Below, one piece after another: positions 16,917-25,410 of a stretch of DNA of 36,400 nt. The stretch's first letter is position 1, and each line of letters begins with the position of its first letter. A program made the position numbers and the translations under genes. Where the stretch lies: the IMG/VR virus record IMGVR_UViG_3300045988_172432, positions 1-36,400 of that record. One strand, written 5' to 3'. The DNA is from a virus. The notes under the pieces were generated by a model. That model did no database searches. It saw nothing but the letters and a program-made list of their open reading frames with translations, and was not told the DNA's origin.

Positions 16917-17309
16917 TTAGGCTTTTGGACGTTTGAGGCTGAGTTGTAATTTGCTTGGGAGCAGACGGCGCGTGAGTGCTGCCGATGGTCTGAAGCGCAC
17001 GCGCACGGCCTTGATGTCGTCGGCCGACACGTCCTCCTGCTTTTCGCGCGACTTGACTGCGCTGATTGTGGGACGGAATGAACCGAGGTCGCCAAGGCGC
17101 ACAGAGTAGCCATCGGCCATGGCTTCGAGCACCACTTCTTGCAGGGCGTCGAGCACGCCCTTGATGTCGGCCAGGCTCACGGTGCTTTGTTTCTCAATTT
17201 GTGCGGCCACATCGTTAAGGCCGATGGGGGTGGTGGGGGCCACCTGCGGGTAGTACTGCTTTTTGTCGAGCTTGAAGTTTTTCAAGCCTCTTACTTTGAG
17301 GGTGATCAT
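16917..17309 (-). CDS. HU-like DNA-binding protein, Bacteroidota type (130 aa)
   Basis: LNDVAAQIEKQSTVSLADIKGVLDALQEVVLEAMADGYSVRLGDLGSFRPT. Tandem paralog separated by 12 nt. Confidence 0.7.
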   Translation of the reverse strand: MITLKVRGLKNFKLDKKQYYPQVAPTTPIGLNDVAAQIEKQSTVSLADIKGVLDALQEVVLEAMADGYSVRLGDLGSFRPTISAVKSREKQEDVSADDIKAVRVRFRPSAALTRRLLPSKLQLSLKRPKA

Positions 17310-17316
17310 GGAGATT

Positions 17317-17421
17317 TTTAAGTTTATAAGTTTAGAAGTTGAGGAGTTAAGAGGGCGCTTTTAAGAGTTGAACTCGCAGAGGTGACTTCTTAACTTTTCA
17401 ACTCTTAAACTTTTCAACTCA
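17317..17421. repeat. PME copy I
   Basis: GTTAAGAGGGCGCTTTTAAGAGTTGAACTCGCAGAGGTGACTTCTTAAC with arms. Confidence 0.9.
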
Positions 17422-17832
17422 TTACCTATTCATCAAGGCCAGCGGCCTTGATGAGTAGGTAATGGTGAGCGTTTGCGCCGAGCGTTCGGCCGCCTTGTCG
17501 GGCAGCGTGTCGGCCAGTGTGACGGCGGGCATGGGCCTTTCGCCCGTGCCAAGGAGCAGGCGTGTGCCGTCGGCACAGGTGAGCAGCACGGCCACAGGGC
17601 CGGCCATGGGGGTGTAGCGGCCGCACAGCGTGGCGGTGAGCTTGGCCGAGCATGTGTGGCGGCCGTCGGCCACCTCGTCGTTCACCTCCATGGCCGCAAG
17701 TCCCGTGGTGGGCACGGTGTGCCACTGTGCGCCCTTGGTGTTGAGGGCTGCCGAAAGCCCGTCGGGGGCGAGGGTGAGCTGGCCCATGCTGGCGGCGGGG
17801 GCAAGGTTTATGTGGGTGATGTAGCGTGTCAT
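17422..17832 (-). CDS. Hypothetical virion-module protein (136 aa)
   Basis: ORF overlapping the upstream gene by 4 nt. Its last 14 codons form a 21-bp hairpin. Confidence 0.55.
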   Translation of the reverse strand: MTRYITHINLAPAASMGQLTLAPDGLSAALNTKGAQWHTVPTTGLAAMEVNDEVADGRHTCSAKLTATLCGRYTPMAGPVAVLLTCADGTRLLLGTGERPMPAVTLADTLPDKAAERSAQTLTITYSSRPLALMNR

Positions 17833-18398
17833 GGTGTGGGTGTGGTGTGGTTGTCAACCTCTTCAAACTCCTGCACGTAGCGCGCCTCGAGCTTCTTCGC
17901 CTTCTCGATGATGCCGGGCACCACCTTGAAGCCAGCCACGGCGGGGTCGGCGCTGATGACGAACTGCTGCGGGGTGATGCTCGAATAGTCGGGGGCGGCA
18001 GAGTCCTCCTTGTCGAGCTGCGTGCCCTTGAGGTAGGTGGCCGTGACGGCGGCAAAGGCTTTGGCGTCGCCCGCCTCGCGTGCCATCTGCCAGCCCTCCT
18101 CGCACCGTTCGCGGAAGAGCCATCGGTCGTAGTCCTTGGTGATGCGCCCGAGGTTGCCCAGGCATATCTTGATGCAGCGCACGTCCTCATAGGCTTGCGA
18201 AAGGCCCAGCCCGTACTTCTGGCGCAGCACGCCCACAATGTCCTTGTCCACCATGCGGGGGTTCTGCAGCCAGTAGGCGTACATCTCCCTGAGGCGGAGC
18301 AGGCGGGCCTGCATGTATTGGGGCAGGCCGGCCTTCTGCATCTCTTCGGCCGAGGCCATGAGGTAGCGTTGCGCGCGGTCGGCGAGGTTGTCGGTCAT
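17829..18398 (-). CDS. Hypothetical protein (189 aa)
   Basis: ATG 18396-18398 follows PME J. Helical, charged protein with no secure motif. Confidence 0.6.
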   Translation of the reverse strand: MTDNLADRAQRYLMASAEEMQKAGLPQYMQARLLRLREMYAYWLQNPRMVDKDIVGVLRQKYGLGLSQAYEDVRCIKICLGNLGRITKDYDRWLFRERCEEGWQMAREAGDAKAFAAVTATYLKGTQLDKEDSAAPDYSSITPQQFVISADPAVAGFKVVPGIIEKAKKLEARYVQEFEEVDNHTTPTP

Positions 18399-18403
18399 TT
18401 TAA

Positions 18404-18610
18404 TAAGTTGAGAAGTTGAAAAGTTTAGAAGTTAAGAGGAATGTCGGGCTTGGAGGGGGGGGAAAGTTGAAAGGTTTAAGAGTTGAAAAGTTAAGAGGGC
18501 ACTTTTAAGAGTTGATGAGTTTAGGAGTTGAAAAGTTAAGAGGTCGGTTTGAGTGGTTGAACTCGCAGAGGCGACTTCTTAACTCTTAAACTCTTAAACT
18601 TTTCAACTTT
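18404..18610. repeat. PME copy J
   Basis: GTTAAGAGGAATGTC variant, a G8 run, GTTAAGAGGGCACTTTTAAGAGTT, then GTTAAGAGGTCGGTTTGAGTGGTTGAACTCGCAGAGGCGACTTCTTAAC. Confidence 0.9.
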
Positions 18611-19151
18611 CAAACGAGTCGTATGCCTCCCAATTCAGCCTGTACCTCTCATCAGCCTTTTTAAGCAGTTTGAGCAGTTCGTAGCGGTCGCACGGTTCCT
18701 TGTCGGCCATAGTCTTGAGCGTTTCGAAGGTTTGCTTCATCTTGAAGTAAAGCTCGCCGTTGTCGTCGTACAGCTTCTTTATGTGGTCGGGCAGCTTGTC
18801 GTGGTCGGGGCGGCGGCCGCGGTACTGGCCCTTGGGGTGGTCGGCGTCGGTGCTGATGACGGGCGCGCCCTGGTCGAGCGTTTGCTCAATGCGCGGCAGC
18901 GCCTCTTGCTCCATGGTGGCCACGTCCTGCCGCGTCAGTCCGTCGAGGCGTATGCGCAGATGCTTGTTCAGTTCGTAGGCTATGGTGTCGGCGTAGCGCG
19001 CGGGGGCGGCACAGGCACAGGCGTAGAGGTAGCGGTTGGAGTTGATGCGTAACAAGAGCAGGGCCCCTTGCCTCACGTCGCGTTCATCTGACGGCTTGGC
19101 AAGGTAGACCTGCAGTTGTTGGGTAAATTCGGGGTCGAGGGAATTTTTCAA
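18603..19151 (-). CDS. Hypothetical protein (182 aa); the start is a TTG lying inside PME K, so it is uncertain
   Basis: Open frame between two PME copies. There is no in-frame ATG near the 5' end. The stop (AGTTGA) lies inside the arm of PME J. Confidence 0.45.
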   Translation of the reverse strand: MKNSLDPEFTQQLQVYLAKPSDERDVRQGALLLLRINSNRYLYACACAAPARYADTIAYELNKHLRIRLDGLTRQDVATMEQEALPRIEQTLDQGAPVISTDADHPKGQYRGRRPDHDKLPDHIKKLYDDNGELYFKMKQTFETLKTMADKEPCDRYELLKLLKKADERYRLNWEAYDSFES

Positions 19152-19279
19152 GTTGATAAGTTTAGGAGTTGGGAGTTTTAAGTTGAAGAGTTTATAAGTT
19201 GAAAAGTTTAGTGGTCGCTTTTAAGAGTTGGGCAAGCAGAGGTGACTTCTAAACTTTTCAACTCATCAACTTTTCAACT
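19150..19279. repeat. PME copy K
   Basis: GTTTAGTGGTCGCTTTTAAGAGTTGGGCAAGCAGAGGTGACTTCTAAAC with arms (a degenerate core). Confidence 0.85.
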
Positions 19280-19292
19280 GGCAAGCCTGCGG

Positions 19293-19913
19293 CTACGACG
19301 CCACTGGCTTTCCCGTGGCGCCGCTAATCTTGCCGTCGTCGGCGGTGTCGATTTCGCCGGGGTAGAAGGGAGCGGGCACCACGTCGGTGGCTTCGATTTC
19401 GATGTCGGTGCTGGCGTTGGTGCTTGTGCCCTCGCCGAGCGAGCCTTTGGGCTTCACCACCGTCTCGAACATTTCGTTGCCCAGCACGCGGAACTTGCCG
19501 TCGCGCTGCTGCACCAGGAACACGAGGTCGGCGTTCTGTGCCACCGAGCAAAAGCCTGCTGCCTCCTCGGCCGTGCCGGGGTGGCTGGCTGTGAGCTTGT
19601 TGAGGAAAGTGCACGAGGGACGCTCTCCCTGAGTTTCCCATTCAACGTTGCCCTTGTTCGTGACGAGGTCAATGCGCTGCCACTTCTTGTCGGCCTTGAG
19701 CGTGAAGTTGCCGTCGTAGGTGGCGAGTTTGGCCAGTGTCACGTCCTTGTCGGAGGGCTGTGGCAGGGTGGGCCATGCCGTGATGTTTTCCTTTGCTGTG
19801 TAGTATACCGCGGTGCGAATGCCGGGTATAACGCGCTGGCCGGCGCAGAAGCGCAGACTGCTGAAGGGTGCGCCGCTGGCGCAGGGGGTGGTTGTTGGGG
19901 GTTGTACTGCCAT
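19293..19913 (-). CDS. Hypothetical structural protein (206 aa) downstream of the capsid gene
   Basis: ATG 19911-19913. Beta-rich composition. The position suggests a head decoration or tail tube protein, but I cannot tell which. Confidence 0.55.
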   Translation of the reverse strand: MAVQPPTTTPCASGAPFSSLRFCAGQRVIPGIRTAVYYTAKENITAWPTLPQPSDKDVTLAKLATYDGNFTLKADKKWQRIDLVTNKGNVEWETQGERPSCTFLNKLTASHPGTAEEAAGFCSVAQNADLVFLVQQRDGKFRVLGNEMFETVVKPKGSLGEGTSTNASTDIEIEATDVVPAPFYPGEIDTADDGKISGATGKPVAS

Positions 19914-19919
19914 AAGTGG

Positions 19920-20104
19920 GGAGTTTAGAAGTTTAAGAGTTTAGAAGTTGAGAGTTTAAGTTGATAAGTTTATGAGTTGAAGAGTTAAGAGGGCAGTTTA
20001 AGTGGTTGAACTCGCAGGGGTGACTTCATAAGCTTTTCAACTCATGAACTTTTCAACTCTTAAAAGTGACCTCTTAACTTTTCAACTTATAAACTTTTCA
20101 ACTC
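19920..20104. repeat. PME copy L
   Basis: GTTAAGAGGGCAGTTTAAGTGGTTGAACTCGCAGGGGTGACTTCATAAGC plus a right-arm copy of AACTCTTAAAAGTGACCTCTTAAC. Confidence 0.9.
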
Positions 20105-20115
20105 AAGCCCAAGGG

Positions 20116-21078
20116 CTACTCGCCCTTGAGTTTAGCCACCATGAGCATTTCGGGGCTAAGGCTGCGGAACTGCACGCCAAAGGCCATTGCAGCCTCGAGG
20201 GTGATTTTCCACGATGAGTACTTCTCGATGGCCAGACGCTCGCCGGGGTTGTCGCCTGCGCCGTAGCCGTACACCATGTTGCTCTGCGGGGCAATGTGTA
20301 TGTACTGCGAGCCCTTCTTTGAGGCCAGGGGGCAGAATTCCCACTGGTTGTCGGTGCCCTCGAGGAAAGTTTTCTTGAACTCCGTGTTGTAAGGCAGCGA
20401 GCCGTGCAGCAACTGGTAGTTAATATTGTAAGCGTTGTAAATGTCCTTCGACACATAGATTTTTGCCTTCTGGCCCTGCAGCTCATCGTCGGCGGCGGCG
20501 TAGATGGCGTTGAAGGTGTCGATGGCGTTCGTCTTGTCGATGGCGGCCGTCAGCTCCATGTAGTTGCCCTTGGCTGTGGCAATGTTGCCCGCAGTGGCCT
20601 CGGTGGCGGTGATGGTGTCGAAGCCGTTGAAGAGGTCCTTCGTGGTGTCGCCCTCGGCGTTGCGCTTGGCGTTCCAGATGGCCATGTTGAGCTTGCGGCC
20701 AAGTTTGCCGGCCACAAACATCAGAATGTACTTGTTCACGTCCACCGTCTTGAGAGACTCACCTTGGGCCACAAGCGAGCCGTAGATGGTGCCCCACACG
20801 TCGTTGGGGTCGAAGCCGTAGGCACAGTTGCCCAGGAAGAGCTCAAGCTCGCGCGGGGTGATGGTAAAGTCGCCGTCGTCCGAGCGTGTGCTCTTGTACG
20901 GGCCAAGTTCGGCATCGCCGTCAAGCTGGCCGAGCACCACGTTGCCAAGCAGACCGGGCATGCCCGTCATGTGCTGCAGCGTGGCCGAGGCCGATGTGGC
21001 CGGCATGATGAGGAGTTCCTTCTCGTAGCGGGTGGCACTCTTTTGCAGTGCCTCGAGGGTGGTGATAGTTTTAGCCAT
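20116..21078 (-). CDS. Major capsid protein (320 aa)
   Basis: Sits immediately downstream of the protease-scaffold gene. Its size and composition are typical of HK97-fold capsid proteins. A hairpin follows its stop. Confidence 0.7.
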   Translation of the reverse strand: MAKTITTLEALQKSATRYEKELLIMPATSASATLQHMTGMPGLLGNVVLGQLDGDAELGPYKSTRSDDGDFTITPRELELFLGNCAYGFDPNDVWGTIYGSLVAQGESLKTVDVNKYILMFVAGKLGRKLNMAIWNAKRNAEGDTTKDLFNGFDTITATEATAGNIATAKGNYMELTAAIDKTNAIDTFNAIYAAADDELQGQKAKIYVSKDIYNAYNINYQLLHGSLPYNTEFKKTFLEGTDNQWEFCPLASKKGSQYIHIAPQSNMVYGYGAGDNPGERLAIEKYSSWKITLEAAMAFGVQFRSLSPEMLMVAKLKGE

Positions 21079-21089
21079 TGTGTAGAGTA

Positions 21090-21118
21090 GAGTTTAGAAG
21101 TTTAAGAGTTGATGAGTT
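21090..21118. repeat. PME copy M (short left-arm-only fragment)
   Basis: GAGTTTAGAAGTTTAAGAGTTGATGAGTT between the protease stop and the capsid start. Confidence 0.7.
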
Positions 21119-21120
21119 GG

Positions 21121-22248
21121 TTAAATGAGGGAGCCGTATTTGCGGTAAAAGTCGCATGCCTCGGCGCCCGGCAGCGCTGTGCCTTCGTCGGCTTCGGTGC
21201 TTGGCTTGGCAGAGCCCGTAGTGTCGCCGTCGGCGGCGTTGAGCTTGGCTTCGGCCTCATTCTTTTCATCGTCCAGAGCCTTGATCACCTTTTCGAGCGC
21301 TTCAATATGCTCGGTGGTGAATGTCACCTTGCCGTCGGTGGCGGTGATGTGTGCCACGCCGAGCTTGGCGCACAGGGTGGCGGGGGTGAGAGTTTGTGTG
21401 TTCATTATGGGGGTGTTTGTGTTATGTGGTTTGTCATCGGCGGTGGCAGCGGCCGCGCCCTGCGGCTTGGCGGCGCAAGATGGCTTGGCGGCGCGCGCAA
21501 AAATGGTTTCAAAAAAATCGCGCACCGCCTCGCCTATCGACTTACGCATTTGCTGTTCGGTGGCAGTGGCCGTGGTGGTGATGGTGGCGGCAGTGCCCTC
21601 AGTGCTTGCAGCCGCCATGCTTTCAGCCGCCATGCCGAATGTGGGCACAGGCAGCCCACATGCCACAATGTGCTCGCGCTGTGCGTCGGTCATGGGCTCC
21701 TTGGCGGGGTCGGGCTGCTCTTCGTCGGGGTCAATCTCGTCAATGAGGCCAAGGCGCAGCGCCTCCTCGGCACCTATCCATCGCGCCTCATGCATGAGGG
21801 CCGCCATGCTGTCGGCATTGCTGTCGCCCACCTTGGCGGCATATATCGAGGCCACCACGCGGTCGAGCGTCTTGAGGTCGGCCTGAGTCTTGCGCAGCCC
21901 TTCAATGGCCTTGGCCAGCTCCTCCTTGTTATAGTAGCCCCAAGTGCTCACCCCGGCCGAGCAGGGGTGCACAAGCATCAGCGCGTAGCGGCTCATTACC
22001 ACCTTGCGCGCACCCATGGCCAGAATGGTGGCCGCGCTGGCCGTCATGCCTATGATGTAGGCGGTTACTTGGCCGTGGTCAATGAATTGTTGTCTGATGT
22101 CGAGGGCCGTCTGCACGTCGCCCCCGTAGGAGTTGATGCGCACGGTGCAGGGTTTGCCCTTCATGGGCTGCAGCTTGCTCTTGACGTACCCCTTGCTTAT
22201 GGGGTAGCCAATATAGCTGTCGATGTCGATGTGATAAGTGCGTGGCAT
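21121..22248 (-). CDS. ClpP-family prohead protease fused to a scaffold-like C-terminal domain (375 aa)
   Basis: SYGGDVQTALDIRQQFIDHGQVTAYIIGMTASAATILAMGA...LMLVHPCS matches the ClpP/S14 pattern. The C-terminus is coiled-coil and acidic. Start refined to ATG 22246-22248. Confidence 0.8.
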   Translation of the reverse strand: MPRTYHIDIDSYIGYPISKGYVKSKLQPMKGKPCTVRINSYGGDVQTALDIRQQFIDHGQVTAYIIGMTASAATILAMGARKVVMSRYALMLVHPCSAGVSTWGYYNKEELAKAIEGLRKTQADLKTLDRVVASIYAAKVGDSNADSMAALMHEARWIGAEEALRLGLIDEIDPDEEQPDPAKEPMTDAQREHIVACGLPVPTFGMAAESMAAASTEGTAATITTTATATEQQMRKSIGEAVRDFFETIFARAAKPSCAAKPQGAAAATADDKPHNTNTPIMNTQTLTPATLCAKLGVAHITATDGKVTFTTEHIEALEKVIKALDDEKNEAEAKLNAADGDTTGSAKPSTEADEGTALPGAEACDFYRKYGSLI

Positions 22249-22284
22249 AAGTAGCGTGTGTGTTAAATGGTTAAAAGTTGTGGG

Positions 22285-22292
22285 CAAATGTA
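22285..22292 (-). promoter_or_regulatory. Candidate -7 box (TACATTTG) upstream of the protease-capsid genes
   Basis: Minus-strand TACATTTG matches TAnnTTTG, 37 nt upstream of ATG 22248. The -33 region is only TTTT-like. Confidence 0.3.
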
Positions 22293-22538
22293 CAGCTATA
22301 TATATAGACTCGTAAAAGACACCCGCCCGCCTTTGGCCCGCCCCTTGCGCGGTTGCGGCACGCGGGGCGGCAGTTTGTCCCATTTTAGTGGGCATCAGGG
22401 CCGGGCGGCCTCTGAAATAGTGCGCTTTGTCAGTTTTTCGACCCCCCAATGCCCTACGCCCCGCGCCCGGCTGACGGGGGGGAGCGCGGGCGGTATATGC
22501 CGCGAAAGTGTGGCGCGGTGGCGGCGCGGCGAAAGGAC

Positions 22539-22577
22539 AAAAAAAAGCCCGCCGGCCTCGGGGTGAGGCTGGCGGGC
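22539..22577 (-). terminator. Rho-independent terminator after the DUF5053-like paralog
   Basis: 11-bp GC-rich stem (22547-22557 / 22567-22577, one mismatch). A8 on plus (22539-22546) gives U8 on minus. Confidence 0.75.
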
Positions 22578-22624
22578 TGGGGGTGTAATAAAAACAAATG
22601 AGTGGGGGTGTGAATGACTAAGAG

Positions 22625-22924
22625 TTAAGAGTTGTGTGTGGCCTTGTCTATGTTGTCGGCCGAGGTGGTGAGCACTTGGGCCATGTGGCGCAGGGCCTGG
22701 CTGAGTTGTTGCAGCTCTGAGGGCTTGAAGGTGGCGGGCTTGCCGTTAACCTTGTACCCGTGCAAGCGCTGTTGCAGCCAGTTGCCCGAGCGGTCGAAGT
22801 ATTTGCGGGCCACGCCCGACAGGTTGAGGAACTCACTCGTGTCTATCATGGCGAGCCATACTGCGCCCTCGCTTTCGGTGGATAGTAGCTGGCGCGCTTT
22901 GTCTGTTGCTTCGGTGTGTGTCAT
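22625..22924 (-). CDS. DUF5053-like protein, paralog 2 (99 aa)
   Basis: NWLQQRLHGYKVNGKPATFKPSELQQLSQALRHMAQVL aligns with the C-terminus of the 8311-8724 product. The upstream gap is AT-rich and contains TATCTTTG (plus 22932-22939). Confidence 0.65.
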   Translation of the reverse strand: MTHTEATDKARQLLSTESEGAVWLAMIDTSEFLNLSGVARKYFDRSGNWLQQRLHGYKVNGKPATFKPSELQQLSQALRHMAQVLTTSADNIDKATHNS

Positions 22925-22998
22925 AACACTGCAAAGATAATAATATTATACTTATTGATAAAGGAAACAATAAGCCTTTTTGTATTATTTGATTGGCA

Positions 22999-24621
22999 TC
23001 AGCCGCCGCCAGTGACGACGAGTTGCACGGGCTGCTGCGGGAAACGTTCGCAACCTATATATAAGGTGTCGAAAGCGTCGGAGCCGTCGGTGCGGCTTTC
23101 GAGGCGGTCCTCGTCGGTCTCGGCCAGCTTTTCGCGTCGCTTGTCCTTCTTGCCGTTGTACACGCCGGCAGTCTGTACGGAGATGAGCAGGTCGGGGTTG
23201 TTGGGTTCGTTAAAGAATGGCATGAGCCGGGCCTTGCCGTCGAAGCCGCGGTTGATGAGTTGGTACTTCTCAAGATGCTTCATGGGGGTGCCTATGTAAA
23301 CGGGGCGCACGCGCCAGCCGTGCAGCTGCAGCTCGTGGGTGATAACCCAGCGAAAGTCCTGATCGTTGACGGCGTAGTTGGAGCCGAGGGCGGTGGCGTC
23401 GTAGTAGAACACGACCTCGTGCATGGGCAGCGGGTCGTAGTACTGGCAGAAGTCGGCTATGAGGGCGGGCAGCTTGCGCTCATACTTTACGTAGAATGAC
23501 TTTAGCACATTGAGGCGGCGGCGGTCCTCGTCGGGCTGGCCTGCCACGAGCCAGTTGATGTTGTTGTTATAATCGAAGGCTATGCACAGTGGGTGGCCGC
23601 GGTTGATGTCGGCATCGGCCTTGCATGTGCCGGCCATCTTGCTGAGTGCCTTGAAGTCGTAGCCCAGGGCGTCGACCACATGGTAGTCGGTGGAGGTGTA
23701 GCGGTGCGAGGGGCGCATTGATGAGTAGAAGCCGTCCTTGAGCACCTCGATGGGGCGGCACAGTATGGAGGTGCGGAACACCATGGGGGTGAGGTCGCGC
23801 CGCATTTGGCGCACCCATGCCTCGCCCAGCACTTCGATGTTGGTCAGGCTGGAGTAGGTGCGGTAGAGTGTGGCGCGGCGGCGGAGCGAGGCGAGCAGGC
23901 TTTGTGCCTGCCTGATGCGTTCGGGCAGGTAGGGGGTGGTGTCGCCATGGGCCATGCGCTGCAGGGTTTGTTGCTCGTCGGCCACGAGTGCCTCGATGGT
24001 GCTGATGAGTTCAGCATCGCACTGGTCGGCGTAGCGCATGAACCATGAGCCGCGGCGGCTTATGGGCATGTCGGAGGTGATGAGCATGCCGTGGTGGAAG
24101 GGCAGGTCGCCAAACTCGCGCTGCTGCCCGCGGTTGGCGGGAAAGGTTTCGTCCTTCAGCCGTTCGTAGTCTACAAACTTGGCTTCGTCTATGTCTATGT
24201 AGTCAAAGCTCTTCGAGTTGGAGTTGCCCACGCGGTCCTGGCTCACTATCTGGCCTATTGCGCCGTTGTAGAAGGTGATGATGTTCTCCCAGTTTTCGGG
24301 GGTGACAAGTGGTGCGGGCCAGTCGAGCGCGCGTGGCGGGCGGTGGCCTATGTCCCAGTGCAGGCCGCGGCGGTAGCCCCATTTCTCCCAGTGCTCGAAC
24401 ATTGAGGGCAGTGTGTTGGTCTTTGCCCTGATGGCTGTGGGGCACACAAAGGCGGTGGTGCTGCGTGGCATGGCCTGCATGTTGCGCAGGTTTATCCAGG
24501 CGTGCAGCATGCTCTTGCCTGTGCCTCGGCCGGCCACAATGACGTTGGTGTGGGCGTCGATGGCGCACACTTCGCGCTGCATGCGGTTCATGTATATTTG
24601 TGGGGGTGTGGGGGTGCTCAT
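22999..24621 (-). CDS. terL: Terminase large subunit (540 aa)
   Basis: Walker A VAGRGTGKS, Walker B-like FDYIDIDEAKF, and a C-terminal nuclease-like region. Typical size. Confidence 0.9.
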   Translation of the reverse strand: MSTPTPPQIYMNRMQREVCAIDAHTNVIVAGRGTGKSMLHAWINLRNMQAMPRSTTAFVCPTAIRAKTNTLPSMFEHWEKWGYRRGLHWDIGHRPPRALDWPAPLVTPENWENIITFYNGAIGQIVSQDRVGNSNSKSFDYIDIDEAKFVDYERLKDETFPANRGQQREFGDLPFHHGMLITSDMPISRRGSWFMRYADQCDAELISTIEALVADEQQTLQRMAHGDTTPYLPERIRQAQSLLASLRRRATLYRTYSSLTNIEVLGEAWVRQMRRDLTPMVFRTSILCRPIEVLKDGFYSSMRPSHRYTSTDYHVVDALGYDFKALSKMAGTCKADADINRGHPLCIAFDYNNNINWLVAGQPDEDRRRLNVLKSFYVKYERKLPALIADFCQYYDPLPMHEVVFYYDATALGSNYAVNDQDFRWVITHELQLHGWRVRPVYIGTPMKHLEKYQLINRGFDGKARLMPFFNEPNNPDLLISVQTAGVYNGKKDKRREKLAETDEDRLESRTDGSDAFDTLYIGCERFPQQPVQLVVTGGG

Positions 24622-25127
24622 GGGTGGTGGTGTGTGTGATTATTGCCACTTGCGTGGGCATATTTTTTGCCTAAAATTACGCCGGCCTGCGCATAGAGGC
24701 GCCGCATACGGTAAAACTTTTGCCTTACGCCCTCGCGGTAGATGAGTGCGATGCCGTTGGCCTGGCACCATTGGTCGATGCCGCGGTTGAGTGTGCCGCT
24801 GTGTATGAGGCTCACGCACTCGCTCCACAGGGCGATGCTGAAGAGGTTGGCCACGGCGCGTGCCATTTCGCCCTGTGCCCTGCGTGAGAGGTGGCACCAG
24901 TATTCGGGCCGCCGCAGGGCGTGGTCGGTTATGACTATTGCCACGCTGTCGGGCGGACAGGTTGGCCCCGTGGCGGCGGTGGCTCCTGCTGCGGGGCGTG
25001 AGAGCAGGCGGTGTAGGAGCATGTTCTCGTAGGAGCGTGAGGGGAAGCGCACGGGGGTGCCAAAGTGGTGGGTGAGCCATTGGCGCAGGTATGGCTCAAG
25101 GCGCAGGTACACGGTGAGGTCTTTCAT
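24618..25127 (-). CDS. Possible terminase small subunit, by position only (169 aa)
   Basis: Its stop overlaps the TerL start by 4 nt. It is the first gene of the packaging operon. No motif recognised. Confidence 0.35.
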   Translation of the reverse strand: MKDLTVYLRLEPYLRQWLTHHFGTPVRFPSRSYENMLLHRLLSRPAAGATAATGPTCPPDSVAIVITDHALRRPEYWCHLSRRAQGEMARAVANLFSIALWSECVSLIHSGTLNRGIDQWCQANGIALIYREGVRQKFYRMRRLYAQAGVILGKKYAHASGNNHTHHHP

Positions 25128-25147
25128 GTGGGGGGAGGGGGGAAAAT

Positions 25148-25312
25148 TAAAGTTGATGAGTTGAAAAGTTTAGAAGTTAAGAGGAATGTCGGGCTTGGAG
25201 CTTTTTAAGTTTAGAAGTTCATAAGTTGAGAAGTTAAGAGGTCGCTTTAAGAGTTGGACAAGCAGAGGTAACCTCTTAACTTTTCAACTTATAAACTCAT
25301 CAACTTAGAACT
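25148..25312. repeat. PME copy O
   Basis: GTTAAGAGGAATGTCGGGCTTGGAG variant plus GTTAAGAGGTCGCTTTAAGAGTTGGACAAGCAGAGGTAACCTCTTAAC. Confidence 0.9.
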
Positions 25313-25410
25313 TGTTCTTTTTGTCGTTTTTTGTGCTTAGTTTGTGGCGTGGTGTGTGTGGTGTGTTTTTCCTGTAATCTGGCTGAGGTCGAATTTCGTA
25401 CTTTTTTTCT

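Noticed and set aside
17426-18238. 270-aa minus-strand ORF spanning two genes in another frame
   Set aside because: It has Arg/Pro/Ala/His-rich low-complexity translation and crosses the 4-nt-overlap junction of two better ORFs.
21109-22254. 381-aa plus-strand ORF opposite the protease-scaffold gene
   Set aside because: It is a Gly/Ala/Val/His-rich antisense shadow. The minus frame has the ClpP motif pattern.
22249-22449. N-terminal 67-codon extension of the protease ORF
   Set aside because: The extension runs through an AT-rich promoter-like segment and a GC-rich non-coding tract, and its translation is Arg/Ala/Gly-rich. ATG 22248 starts directly at the conserved protease N-terminus.
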